Shown: positions 9,856 to 17,623 of the stretch, one piece after another | Layout of the letters: each line of letters opens with the position of its first letter | How positions within the stretch are numbered: the first letter of the stretch is position 1 | Source: Spirochaetota bacterium | GTDB lineage: Bacteria; Spirochaetota; JAHITG01 | DNA: 46,626 nucleotides | Reading direction: 5' to 3' | Assembly (NCBI GenBank): GCA_018817865.1 | Contig: JAHITG010000292.1 | Coordinates: 1-46,626, forward strand | The notes under the pieces: generated by a model | The model's input: the letters and a program-made list of their open reading frames with translations, nothing else | Databases searched by the model: none | Told to the model about the DNA's origin: nothing | Position numbers and translations under genes: made by a program

Positions 9856-10488
9856 ATGGAATTAATTTTAATATTCAGCGGAGCATTTATCGTGGGTCTC
9901 TCCGGTGCTCTGATGCCGGGGCCATTGATGACGATCACGATCTCACACTCAGTGAAAAGAGGCTTTATTGCCGGACCGCTGGTTATTCTGGGACATATGA
10001 TCCTGGAGATAAGCCTTTTGATTGCGATCGTTCTTGGTTTTAAAAATGTTATCTCTGCACCGCTGGCAATGAAAGTCGTCTTTATTGCAGGTGGAGCGAT
10101 CCTTATCGCACTGGGGATAGACCTGATGATCAATCATCGCAAAAGTACTGTTCCGACAGGAACGACAGAAAAATCCGCATTAAAAAAAGTTTTTTCCCAC
10201 CCGATCATCAGCGGAATAGTGGTCAGCCTGTCCAATCCTTACTGGACGATCTGGTGGGTCACGATCGGGCTTGGTTATGTTATAAAAGCGTTGAAATATG
10301 GATTTTTAGGGATCACCCTCTTCTTTTCAGGCCATATTCTTTCAGATCTGATATGGTACAGTTTTATCTCTTATACATTCAGCAGAGGAAAGAAGTTTTT
10401 TCATGATAGGACCTACCATAGTATTATCTTTATCTGCGGGATTTTTCTGATCTTTTTTGGTTTATGGTTTTTGTATAGCGGTCTATAA
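9856..10488 (+). CDS. LysE/RhtB-family amino-acid exporter
   Basis: The N-terminus MELILIFSGAFIVGLSGALMPGPLM carries the LysE-type PGP motif, and there are about 6 hydrophobic helices. The ATG at 9856 is preferred over 9850 on spacing from AAGG at 9845-9848. Confidence 0.7.
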   Translation: MELILIFSGAFIVGLSGALMPGPLMTITISHSVKRGFIAGPLVILGHMILEISLLIAIVLGFKNVISAPLAMKVVFIAGGAILIALGIDLMINHRKSTVPTGTTEKSALKKVFSHPIISGIVVSLSNPYWTIWWVTIGLGYVIKALKYGFLGITLFFSGHILSDLIWYSFISYTFSRGKKFFHDRTYHSIIFICGIFLIFFGLWFLYSGL

Positions 10489-10512
10489 GAAATAAAAGTA
10501 TAAGGAGTGAAC

Positions 10513-11031
10513 ATGTCCGTTATTTATAAGGGTAAGATCATTACGGTAAAAAATGAAGAGGTCACTTTTCCGGATGGGCATTCATCCATGTATGAATTTG
10601 TTCTTCACAGGGGAGCGGTTGCTATTGTTCCTTTGATAGAAAAAAACAGGGTGCTTCTGGTAAAACAATATCGCCCGGTGATCAAGAGACCAATATGGGA
10701 ATTACCTGCCGGCCTGATCGACGAGGGGGAAACACCATTCCATGCTGCAAAAAGAGAGCTGAAGGAGGAGACGGGTTTTATTGCCGGAAAACTGATAAAA
10801 GTCGGGGCAGCGTTCTCTTCTCCCGGATTTACTGATGAAAAGACGATCATATTTTTTGCAAAGGACCTGAAAAAGACGAAGCCAAATCTAGACCCGGATG
10901 AAAAGATCCTTACAAGGGTTTTTTCGATCCCGGAGCTGCTGGAGATGATCGAGAAAAAAAAGCTTTCAGATGCCAAGACCATTATGGGTATCCTTCAGGT
11001 ATATACTTATTACAGGCATTTGATAAAATAA
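10513..11031 (+). CDS. NUDIX hydrolase, ADP-ribose pyrophosphatase-like
   Basis: It has a perfect Nudix box, GLIDEGETPFHAAKRELKEETGF (Gx5Ex7REUxEExGU). AAGGAG lies at 10501-10506 ahead of the ATG at 10513. Confidence 0.8.
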   Translation: MSVIYKGKIITVKNEEVTFPDGHSSMYEFVLHRGAVAIVPLIEKNRVLLVKQYRPVIKRPIWELPAGLIDEGETPFHAAKRELKEETGFIAGKLIKVGAAFSSPGFTDEKTIIFFAKDLKKTKPNLDPDEKILTRVFSIPELLEMIEKKKLSDAKTIMGILQVYTYYRHLIK

Positions 11032-11121
11032 AGCGATTGTTTTCAGACGGATCAAATAGTTTTGACATTTTAAAACAGTTCATTATTTTGAAAATGATAG
11101 CCTTTCACATGGAGGATAAAG

Positions 11122-11673
11122 ATGAAAAAAGTATTATTATTTATTTTAGTAGGATTGGTTCTGTTGTTCGGTTTTTTCCTGGTCTATTCGGGACTCTTTA
11201 CAAAAGTGGTGATCAGCGAAAAGATGACGGGTCCCTATCAGCTGGTATATGAAAGATATACAGGGGATTATAAAGAGACAGGAAAAGTTATGGATAAGAT
11301 CTATTACGCGTTAAAAAAGGATATGAAGGTCGAGACGTTTAAAGGATTCGGAATATATTATGATGATCCACGGGAAAAGAAAAAAGAGGAATTAAAGAGT
11401 GATGTGGGAATTATTCTGGAAAAAAAAGATTATAAAAAGATTCCGCTGATCAAAAAAAAGTATAGTGTTAAAAAAATCTCTAAAGTTAAAAGTATTGTTG
11501 CTGAATTTCCGTTCCGAACGGAATTTTCTGTTTTTATCGGTATCATGAAAGTGTATCCGGTTTTACAATCATATATTCTACAGAATAAATACAGGAATAC
11601 TCCGGTCATGGAGATCTATGATGTCCCGCAAAAGAAGATCATATATGTGGCACCGGTGTTAAAGAAAAAATAG
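11122..11673 (+). CDS. Membrane-anchored GyrI-like (SOUL/AraC-effector-binding fold) protein
   Basis: It has an N-terminal TM helix, then GPYQLVYERYTGDYKETGKVMDKIY...GFGIYYDDPREKKKEELKSDVG, which is typical of GyrI-like domains. The RBS is GGAGGA. Confidence 0.55.
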   Translation: MKKVLLFILVGLVLLFGFFLVYSGLFTKVVISEKMTGPYQLVYERYTGDYKETGKVMDKIYYALKKDMKVETFKGFGIYYDDPREKKKEELKSDVGIILEKKDYKKIPLIKKKYSVKKISKVKSIVAEFPFRTEFSVFIGIMKVYPVLQSYILQNKYRNTPVMEIYDVPQKKIIYVAPVLKKK

Positions 11674-11674
11674 A

Positions 11675-12196
11675 TCAATATCCTTCTTCATCCAGTTCTT
11701 TAAATGGATCCTTGTTCGTTTCATCGATCCAGCTCTGTGCTTCATATGTTATTATTTTATTATTATAGGACGTGATCACTTTTGTTATCCCGACATTGAT
11801 GATCATGCGCCTGCACATCTTGCATGGTTTTGCTTCAATAACAGAGTTATCATCAAAGTTTTCACCGTAAAGATACATGACCGTATCTTTGATCGAGATC
11901 CCTTCTCTGGCGGAATTAATGATGGTATTTGCTTCCGCATGGACGGACCGGCATTTTTCATAATGGCTTCCGGAGGGTATATTACGTTCTTTACGGTAAC
12001 ACCTTCCCAGGTCAGTACAGTTCGGTGTGTTCCGGGGAGCACCGTTATAACCGGATGCTAAAAGGACATTATTCTTTACGACCACTGCTCCGAATCTTCT
12101 GCGCAGGCAGGTGCTTCTTTTAGCTACGACTTTAGCAATACCGAGCCAATGGTCATGCCACGACGGTCTCTCAAATTTTTTTATCTTAGAATTCAT
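11675..12196 (-). CDS. dCMP (deoxycytidylate) deaminase
   Basis: Zinc and catalytic motifs are present: HAEANTI (HAE) and PCKMCRRMI (PCxxC). The size (173 aa) is typical for the family. Confidence 0.85.
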   Translation of the reverse strand: MNSKIKKFERPSWHDHWLGIAKVVAKRSTCLRRRFGAVVVKNNVLLASGYNGAPRNTPNCTDLGRCYRKERNIPSGSHYEKCRSVHAEANTIINSAREGISIKDTVMYLYGENFDDNSVIEAKPCKMCRRMIINVGITKVITSYNNKIITYEAQSWIDETNKDPFKELDEEGY

Positions 12197-12310
12197 AACG
12201 ATCTCCTTAAGGGCATTCTAATATAATCCTTCCATTTTGGATTTCAATCAGAAAATGGGAAAAATATGGTTTAAAGGTGAAAATATTAAAACTAAACAAA
12301 AAGAACCGAA

Positions 12311-12343
12311 AAGAACCGGGACAGGTACAATGTCTCGGTTCTT
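12311..12343. terminator. 13-bp stem hairpin in divergent intergenic region (terminator-like, function unclear)
   Basis: AAGAACCGGGACA / TGTCTCGGTTCTT pair with one G-U. T-rich sequence follows on both strands. AAGAACCG is also directly repeated just upstream at 12301-12308. Confidence 0.3.
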
Positions 12344-12373
12344 TAAATTATCTGTAAAATATATATTTTTTTC

Positions 12374-12401
12374 TTGACTAATAGGAAAAATATGTTATAT
12401 T
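12374..12401 (+). promoter_or_regulatory. Sigma70-type promoter TTGACT-N16-TATATT for the fimbria-like operon
   Basis: The -35 is TTGACT at 12374-12379 and the -10 is TATATT at 12396-12401, preceded by TGT (extended -10-like). The hexamers and spacing are identical to three other sites in the window. Confidence 0.5.
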
Positions 12402-12537
12402 ATATTATGAAAGCGATTTAGGGAAAGCGATATCCCAATATTAAATAGGATAGGGGGCAGAATTTTTTTTGCTTCATCAGTTAAAGCGTTTTCGCAAAAT
12501 CGTTTAAATAACAAATTTAATTAAGGAGGAGGTTATT

Positions 12538-13101
12538 ATGAAGAAATTATTAGTATTAACCTTAACCCTGGCAATGGTAGCCGGTTTCACTACCATGGCA
12601 AAATCTGCTACTCAAGATGATATTTTTCTTAATATCACGATCGTGAATTCCGGATTGAGTATCAGAAGTGATTTCCCGGATGTTAACTGGGGAGTTCCTT
12701 TAGGTGTCTTCACTATTTCAGGCCCCGATTATAAAGGAACTATTGTAAATGACGGTTCAGACAATGCTGACCTGTCCGTACAGTGTATTACCACCAACTG
12801 GACAGCTTCTACTACAACTACTCCTGCTGCTAATGCATTTGTTTTACAGGGTATCTTCTGTGTCTATGATGAGACATTAGCTGATGCTAATTTCGCTAAT
12901 GAAGATATTGTCACGGCCACATCTACAGCCTGCAGTGCAACTGCATATGCCAAGAACGGTGGTGATGCCATAAGGAATGGCGTTAATGTTCCTCCGGGAC
13001 AGATATTAAGTATGCGGTTCAGATTTCAGCCGCCAACAGGTGCCAGTGTTGGAGATCAGGAAACTGTTACAGTACGAGTTTCTGCTGTTACGACCCCATA
13101 G
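12538..13101 (+). CDS. Small secreted T/S/A/N/G/V-rich beta-type protein, candidate major fibre/pilin-like subunit (187 aa)
   Basis: It has a very strong SD (TTAAGGAGGAGG) and the Sec signal MKKLLVLTLTLAMVAGFTTMAKSA. It has no enzyme motif. Its composition and alternating-hydrophobic strands (IFLNITIVNSGLSI, ETVTVRVSAV) resemble fimbrial subunits. The function is an inference. Confidence 0.45.
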   Translation: MKKLLVLTLTLAMVAGFTTMAKSATQDDIFLNITIVNSGLSIRSDFPDVNWGVPLGVFTISGPDYKGTIVNDGSDNADLSVQCITTNWTASTTTTPAANAFVLQGIFCVYDETLADANFANEDIVTATSTACSATAYAKNGGDAIRNGVNVPPGQILSMRFRFQPPTGASVGDQETVTVRVSAVTTP

Positions 13102-13118
13102 TATTTTTCAATACAATT

Positions 13119-13162
13119 CTTATATCAATGTCCGCCCGAAAGGAACCGGACATTGATATAAG
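13119..13162 (+). terminator. Hairpin 1 after subunit gene: 16-bp perfect stem, 12-nt loop
   Basis: CTTATATCAATGTCCG (13119-13134) pairs with CGGACATTGATATAAG (13147-13162). There is no clean U-tract, so this could be an attenuator, RNA stabiliser or processing site rather than a strict terminator. Confidence 0.5.
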
Positions 13163-13164
13163 GT

Positions 13165-13212
13165 TGTCTGTAAAATGTAAACATTCTTTATGTAGTTTAC
13201 ATTTTACAGACA
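13165..13212 (+). terminator. Hairpin 2 after subunit gene: 16-bp perfect stem (extendable to 18), 12-nt loop
   Basis: TCTGTAAAATGTAAAC (13167-13182) pairs with GTTTACATTTTACAGA (13195-13210). The 10-mer TCTGTAAAAT also occurs at 12351-12360, just upstream of the operon promoter. Confidence 0.5.
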
Positions 13213-13247
13213 GCGAATAGCAACATTTTTAAATCAGGGGAAAAATT

Positions 13248-14168
13248 ATGACAGGGAAAAAGTTCAAGCAGTCTTCTGTAATATTTATTGCGGCTATTAT
13301 GATCATCTTATGGGGAAATCCCTCTAATAGCTATTCCGGCGGTTTGAAAACCTCTTTTGCAGAGGTTCTTCTGGAGAACCTTCATATCGGGAAAAGTTAT
13401 AACATTGGAAAGATCGCTAATTTTCCGATAGAAGTTTTTAACACATCCCCAAAAAGAATTCAGCTTACCATTAAGCCGGTAATGCCGGATAAGGTCAAAT
13501 CCGGATTTGAGCCTATTCCTGATCTGGGATGGATCACATTATCAAAGACGGATTTTATCCTGGACCCGGACGGATCAGCTAAAAGTGATATTATTATTAC
13601 GATCCCTGATAATAAAAAGTACCTTGGCGGAAAATACGAAGTAAATATCCTTTCTTCCGGCTCTAAACTCGGAAGAAAAGGCATGTTCGGATTTGAAGCG
13701 GCCCTGCGCAGCCGATTGCTCTTTACGGTTTACAAAGATAAAATTGATGATACTGGAGTTTTAGATAAACAGGTTAATTTAAATTTTGATGTATTGCCGT
13801 TAAAATCCGTTGTCTCAAATATTATAACTGGTGTGCGGACTGACCTGGCAGAGAAGGGCGTAATACTCAGTATCCGGAATAACAATACAGACTCATTTGA
13901 ATATGAAATAGAAAGCCTTCCGATCAAGGATACAGTCAGCAGTATTCCGGATGATTATATTCCCTGCCCGGACCCGCAACTGTTAAGTTTCAGCGATGTG
14001 AATATCAAGGTGGGCCCTAAACAGACAAAATATGTAAAGATGTACCTTGATTTTCCTGATAAAGACGATTACCGGAATAAAAAATATATGTTTATTGTCT
14101 CCATGAGGGTCAGGAATAAAAGTATCACCGGGAACCGCTATATACGGGTCTATGTTCAGACAGATTAA
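13248..14168 (+). CDS. Secreted protein made of two tandem copies of a ~140-aa beta-sandwich-like unit (306 aa)
   Basis: It has a signal/anchor (SSVIFIAAIMIILWG). The two halves share an internal duplication: FEPIPDLGW...ITIPDNKKYLGGKYEVNI versus DYIPCPDPQ...LDFPDKDDYRNKKYMFIV. I recognise no family name for it. Confidence 0.6.
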   Translation: MTGKKFKQSSVIFIAAIMIILWGNPSNSYSGGLKTSFAEVLLENLHIGKSYNIGKIANFPIEVFNTSPKRIQLTIKPVMPDKVKSGFEPIPDLGWITLSKTDFILDPDGSAKSDIIITIPDNKKYLGGKYEVNILSSGSKLGRKGMFGFEAALRSRLLFTVYKDKIDDTGVLDKQVNLNFDVLPLKSVVSNIITGVRTDLAEKGVILSIRNNNTDSFEYEIESLPIKDTVSSIPDDYIPCPDPQLLSFSDVNIKVGPKQTKYVKMYLDFPDKDDYRNKKYMFIVSMRVRNKSITGNRYIRVYVQTD

Positions 14169-14196
14169 ATAATTAAGTATTTGGAAGATGATTTAT

Positions 14197-15006
14197 ATGA
14201 AAAGATCATATCAAATAGGATTGTTGGGCGTTATCGTGCTCCTGTTGAATATTTCTTCTTCTTTTGCCCGGATCAAAGTTACGCCAGCTGTTCAGCAGAT
14301 GGTACTGACCGCAGGAGAGGAGAGAGAGGTTTTTTTTGAGATCATGAATTCGGGACAGCAGGACCTGAAGATCACAATTGAACCGGAGGATTGGGGACAG
14401 ACTCAGGATCTAAAAGATATTACATGGACTAGATGGCTGGATCTCGACACACGGGGATTTCAATTAAAAGCCGGAGAGAAAAAGAGGATCTCATGCAGGG
14501 TCCATTTACCATCGGATATTACCCGGGAAGTGAATGCCATGGTATATTTTTCTTGTGAACTTCCAAGAAAAAACATAAGATTGAAGACCCGTGTGGGTGT
14601 TTCTCTTTTTGCCGGAAGAAAGGGGAATGAAAAAAAGAATATTGAAATTGAAAGTATAAAGGTCAGTAAATCTTCCGGCCTGAATCCTGCCTGTTATTTT
14701 GATATTACCCTTAAAAACAACGGGAATACTCATATTATACCACAGGGATATTTAATTCTCTCCAAACCGGATAATACCAGGGTCGCCTATCTCCCTTTAA
14801 GCAACATGGAGCCGGTAATAGCTGATGAGAAGAAAGTGTACCGGATCACCTGTAAGGAGAGTACCTTTAACGGAAATTATAAAGGAAAGATGATCATTAC
14901 GTATAAGGGGTTTCCTGAAAGAGCGGAATTTAAAAAAGTAAAAGAATTTTCATTTTTTATCAGCAGAAAAGAGGAAAAAAGAGGAAAGGCTTATTTTAAG
15001 GAATGA
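14197..15006 (+). CDS. Secreted two-domain Ig/beta-sandwich-like protein, periplasmic chaperone-like in pattern (269 aa)
   Basis: The signal is MKRSYQIGLLGVIVLLLNISSSFA. RIKVTPAVQQMVLTAGEEREVFFEIMNSGQQDLKITIEPEDW resembles the first strands of PapD-type chaperones, and a second half (IESIKVSK...FDITLKNNGNTHIIPQGYL) looks like a second sandwich. This is a pattern-level inference only. Confidence 0.5.
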   Translation: MKRSYQIGLLGVIVLLLNISSSFARIKVTPAVQQMVLTAGEEREVFFEIMNSGQQDLKITIEPEDWGQTQDLKDITWTRWLDLDTRGFQLKAGEKKRISCRVHLPSDITREVNAMVYFSCELPRKNIRLKTRVGVSLFAGRKGNEKKNIEIESIKVSKSSGLNPACYFDITLKNNGNTHIIPQGYLILSKPDNTRVAYLPLSNMEPVIADEKKVYRITCKESTFNGNYKGKMIITYKGFPERAEFKKVKEFSFFISRKEEKRGKAYFKE

Positions 15007-15008
15007 TC

Positions 15009-16244
15009 ATGAAAAAGATCAGATTAATTAAAAGAGGATCGTCTATAGCTTTCATCATAAGCGTGCTTATTCTTATCCTGCTGCCTTTTTATATTCTTTT
15101 TGCTGATTATTCATTATTTGTTGAGGTTAGAAATGTCAGTGATAACAACCTTGTCACGAATGTCTCTTTCAATACCAATAATGTTACGGATGATGACAAG
15201 CGGTTCATCACCTCTCCTCAGTATGTTACTGTTCATTATTCCAATGAATCGACCAATGCAGCATGGGGTATCAGGATCTACACTTATAACACGAATTATA
15301 CGGGAACGGCTCCTTATGCCGGATTGATAAGCTGTCCTGTTCCTGACAGCAGGCTTGACCTGTTATGGAAGATCTTTACTTCGGTTCAACCCGGCGGTGT
15401 TCCCTGCTCCAATGATATTGCGTGGGGATATATCAAGGATCGTCGTGATAATGACTGGACCCAGGCCCCTGAAAGTTTTGATCTGATCCGGGGCACGCAG
15501 TTACAGGGAGAATTAGCCTCATATCCGGTTGCCGGAAGGACGGTTGTAAGTCCTGTCCCATTGTATCTCTATTTAGGAGTGAACTGCAGTAATCCTCCAT
15601 CCGGGACTAATAATTATGGAACAACCCTCTATATGGATATCTATCATGTACCGGCTTATATTCCTTCATTTCGAATTACTGAGATCGTTCCTCTGCAGGA
15701 TTTTAATATTAATAAGGATTTTACCCTCGCGATCACCGGTGAAGCCTTTCAGGAGGGAGCTGAAGTAAAATTAAGAAAAAGCGGCCAATCTGATATAAAT
15801 GCAACTGAAGTAGTTGTAACACCGGATAAGATATTAGCCGATTTTGACCTGACAAAAGCTTTTAAAACAGGAGCATGGGACCTTATTGTTAAGAATCCGG
15901 ATAATGAAACCGTGGTTCTGCCGGAGGGATTTTTAATCCGGGGATTTGATATGACCGGATATAAACTGATCCCGGTAAACAATCTTTTTAATCCCGCGCG
16001 CGGAGAGAAGATGTCCGTAAAATGGAGCATTGAAAAGGAAGAGAAGGTAATGCTTGAGATCTATAATGTAAAGGGAGAGATCGTAAAAACATTTTACAAC
16101 AATGAGCCTGTTTTACCCGGTGTATATCAGAATGACTGGTATGGGAATAATAATGGCAATAACCGGGTGGGAAGCGGGATCTATTTTATAAAGATGAGTG
16201 CAGGGGCATTTAATGATATTAAGAAAGTGGTGGTTGTAAAATAG
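15009..16244 (+). CDS. Surface protein with T9SS-type C-terminal sorting domain (411 aa)
   Basis: The track start at 15003 overlaps the upstream stop (ATGA). The ATG at 15009 has better spacing from AAGGA. The C-terminus KMSVKWSIEKEEKVMLEIYNVKGEIVKTFY...GSGIYFIKMSAGAFNDIKKVVVVK matches the Por_Secre_tail/FlgD-Ig-like CTD pattern. Confidence 0.7.
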   Translation: MKKIRLIKRGSSIAFIISVLILILLPFYILFADYSLFVEVRNVSDNNLVTNVSFNTNNVTDDDKRFITSPQYVTVHYSNESTNAAWGIRIYTYNTNYTGTAPYAGLISCPVPDSRLDLLWKIFTSVQPGGVPCSNDIAWGYIKDRRDNDWTQAPESFDLIRGTQLQGELASYPVAGRTVVSPVPLYLYLGVNCSNPPSGTNNYGTTLYMDIYHVPAYIPSFRITEIVPLQDFNINKDFTLAITGEAFQEGAEVKLRKSGQSDINATEVVVTPDKILADFDLTKAFKTGAWDLIVKNPDNETVVLPEGFLIRGFDMTGYKLIPVNNLFNPARGEKMSVKWSIEKEEKVMLEIYNVKGEIVKTFYNNEPVLPGVYQNDWYGNNNGNNRVGSGIYFIKMSAGAFNDIKKVVVVK

Positions 16245-16265
16245 GATCAAGGAGATGATGATGTT

Positions 16266-17573
16266 ATGAGATCAATTATATTTATATTAATATTTTCAAT
16301 ATTAATGAGCCTGTCCGGCAATATGTACGGTGATAATACACGTGTCTCTACAAGAGGAGCAGGGATCGTTATGATGGCTCTGGAACCACGGCCGATGAGC
16401 ATGGGAGGAGCGTTTACCGCTGTGTCTGATGATATCCATGCTCTTGTTTATAATCCGGCCGGGATAGGGCTGATCAGAGATCTTTTAGGATCAATATCCT
16501 ATCAAAAAGGGATCGAAGATATGCATTACGGTTCAGCCTCTTTAGTTTATCCAATAGGAAGACAGAGTGCTTTAGGGCTTAATTTTGGTTTTTTTCATCA
16601 GGGATTTTTTGATCTGTATCATCAGGAAGGAACTATTGAGCGCGGTTCTTTAGGGAACAGCTATAAACTGGGGTTAACCTACGGGATCCTTTTTAAGGAT
16701 AGTGACATTTCATTAGGTGCAACTTTAAAAATGATCAACAGTACATTATATACGTATTCCGCTTCCACCGGTGCTGTTGATCTGGGTCTGTTATATCATC
16801 CGTTATCAGCAGATTCAAAGAAAAACCGGTTTTCGTTTGGAATAGCTGTTTTAAATCTGGGTCCCGGTCTGAAATATATTGAAGAGGAAGACCCATTACC
16901 AACCGCATATAAATTGGGAATAGCCTATGCCTGTCATTTTAAAGCTGGAAAGACTCCTTTTAGACTGCTCTTTGCAAATGATATTATAAAGGATGATCAG
17001 TATGAAGGGCTCGGAGTGAATACAGGCATTGAGTTTAAATACCGTGATATTCTAATGGTCCGTGCGGGATATCAATTCAGGGGAGGGCTGGATCTTGATG
17101 ATGATAACGGATTTAATACGGGAATGGGTATCAATTACAGTGATCTTCAGTTTGATTACAGTTTTAAACTATCAAGCAGTGAATTGAATTCCACTTCTCA
17201 TTGTTTTTCTGTTTCATACAGGTTTTCATCTTCCGGGGAGAGAAGAAATAAAAAAAGTTCGCTCAGCTTAAAAAGATCCCTCGGCGAAGAACCTGAAGTG
17301 GAGGAAAAGAAGGTGGAGGATAAAGTAAAGACCATTAAATATTCCGATATACCCCTGTATAATAAAATAATTCTGGGTGTATCAAAAGGGCCCAGTAATT
17401 CAGGGAATAATTATAAGATACAGTATTCTACAAAAGAGACTCCGGACCAGAGCCCTGATTCAGAGGATTATAAAGGGAATGTGTTCGATGAGACCAGGGT
17501 GAAATGGGTTCGCTGGGTAGAGAAGAATAAAAACACTAATAAACCGGTATACTATAAAATTAGTATTGAATGA
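16266..17573 (+). CDS. PorV/PorQ-family outer-membrane beta-barrel with ~110-aa charged C-terminal extension
   Basis: The family signature is RPMSMGGAFTAVSDDIHALVYNPAGIGLI. Alternating beta-strand segments follow, ending in FSVSYRF. The tail SSGERRNKKSS...YYKISIE is of unknown type. Confidence 0.7.
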   Translation: MRSIIFILIFSILMSLSGNMYGDNTRVSTRGAGIVMMALEPRPMSMGGAFTAVSDDIHALVYNPAGIGLIRDLLGSISYQKGIEDMHYGSASLVYPIGRQSALGLNFGFFHQGFFDLYHQEGTIERGSLGNSYKLGLTYGILFKDSDISLGATLKMINSTLYTYSASTGAVDLGLLYHPLSADSKKNRFSFGIAVLNLGPGLKYIEEEDPLPTAYKLGIAYACHFKAGKTPFRLLFANDIIKDDQYEGLGVNTGIEFKYRDILMVRAGYQFRGGLDLDDDNGFNTGMGINYSDLQFDYSFKLSSSELNSTSHCFSVSYRFSSSGERRNKKSSLSLKRSLGEEPEVEEKKVEDKVKTIKYSDIPLYNKIILGVSKGPSNSGNNYKIQYSTKETPDQSPDSEDYKGNVFDETRVKWVRWVEKNKNTNKPVYYKISIE

Positions 17574-17623
17574 GGATCCTTTTAAACCGATAAATAATAT
17601 GAAAGAAAGTAAGGAAGATAATT

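Noticed and set aside
11037-11252. 71-aa ORF overlapping the start of the GyrI-like gene
   Set aside because: It is out of frame and overlaps a better-supported gene with GGAGGA RBS. It has no motif.
16255-16269. Mini-ORF ATGATGATGTTATGA (MMML) overlapping the start of the first barrel gene, considered as a regulatory uORF
   Set aside because: It has only four codons and arises naturally from the ATG-rich spacer. No supporting structure is present.
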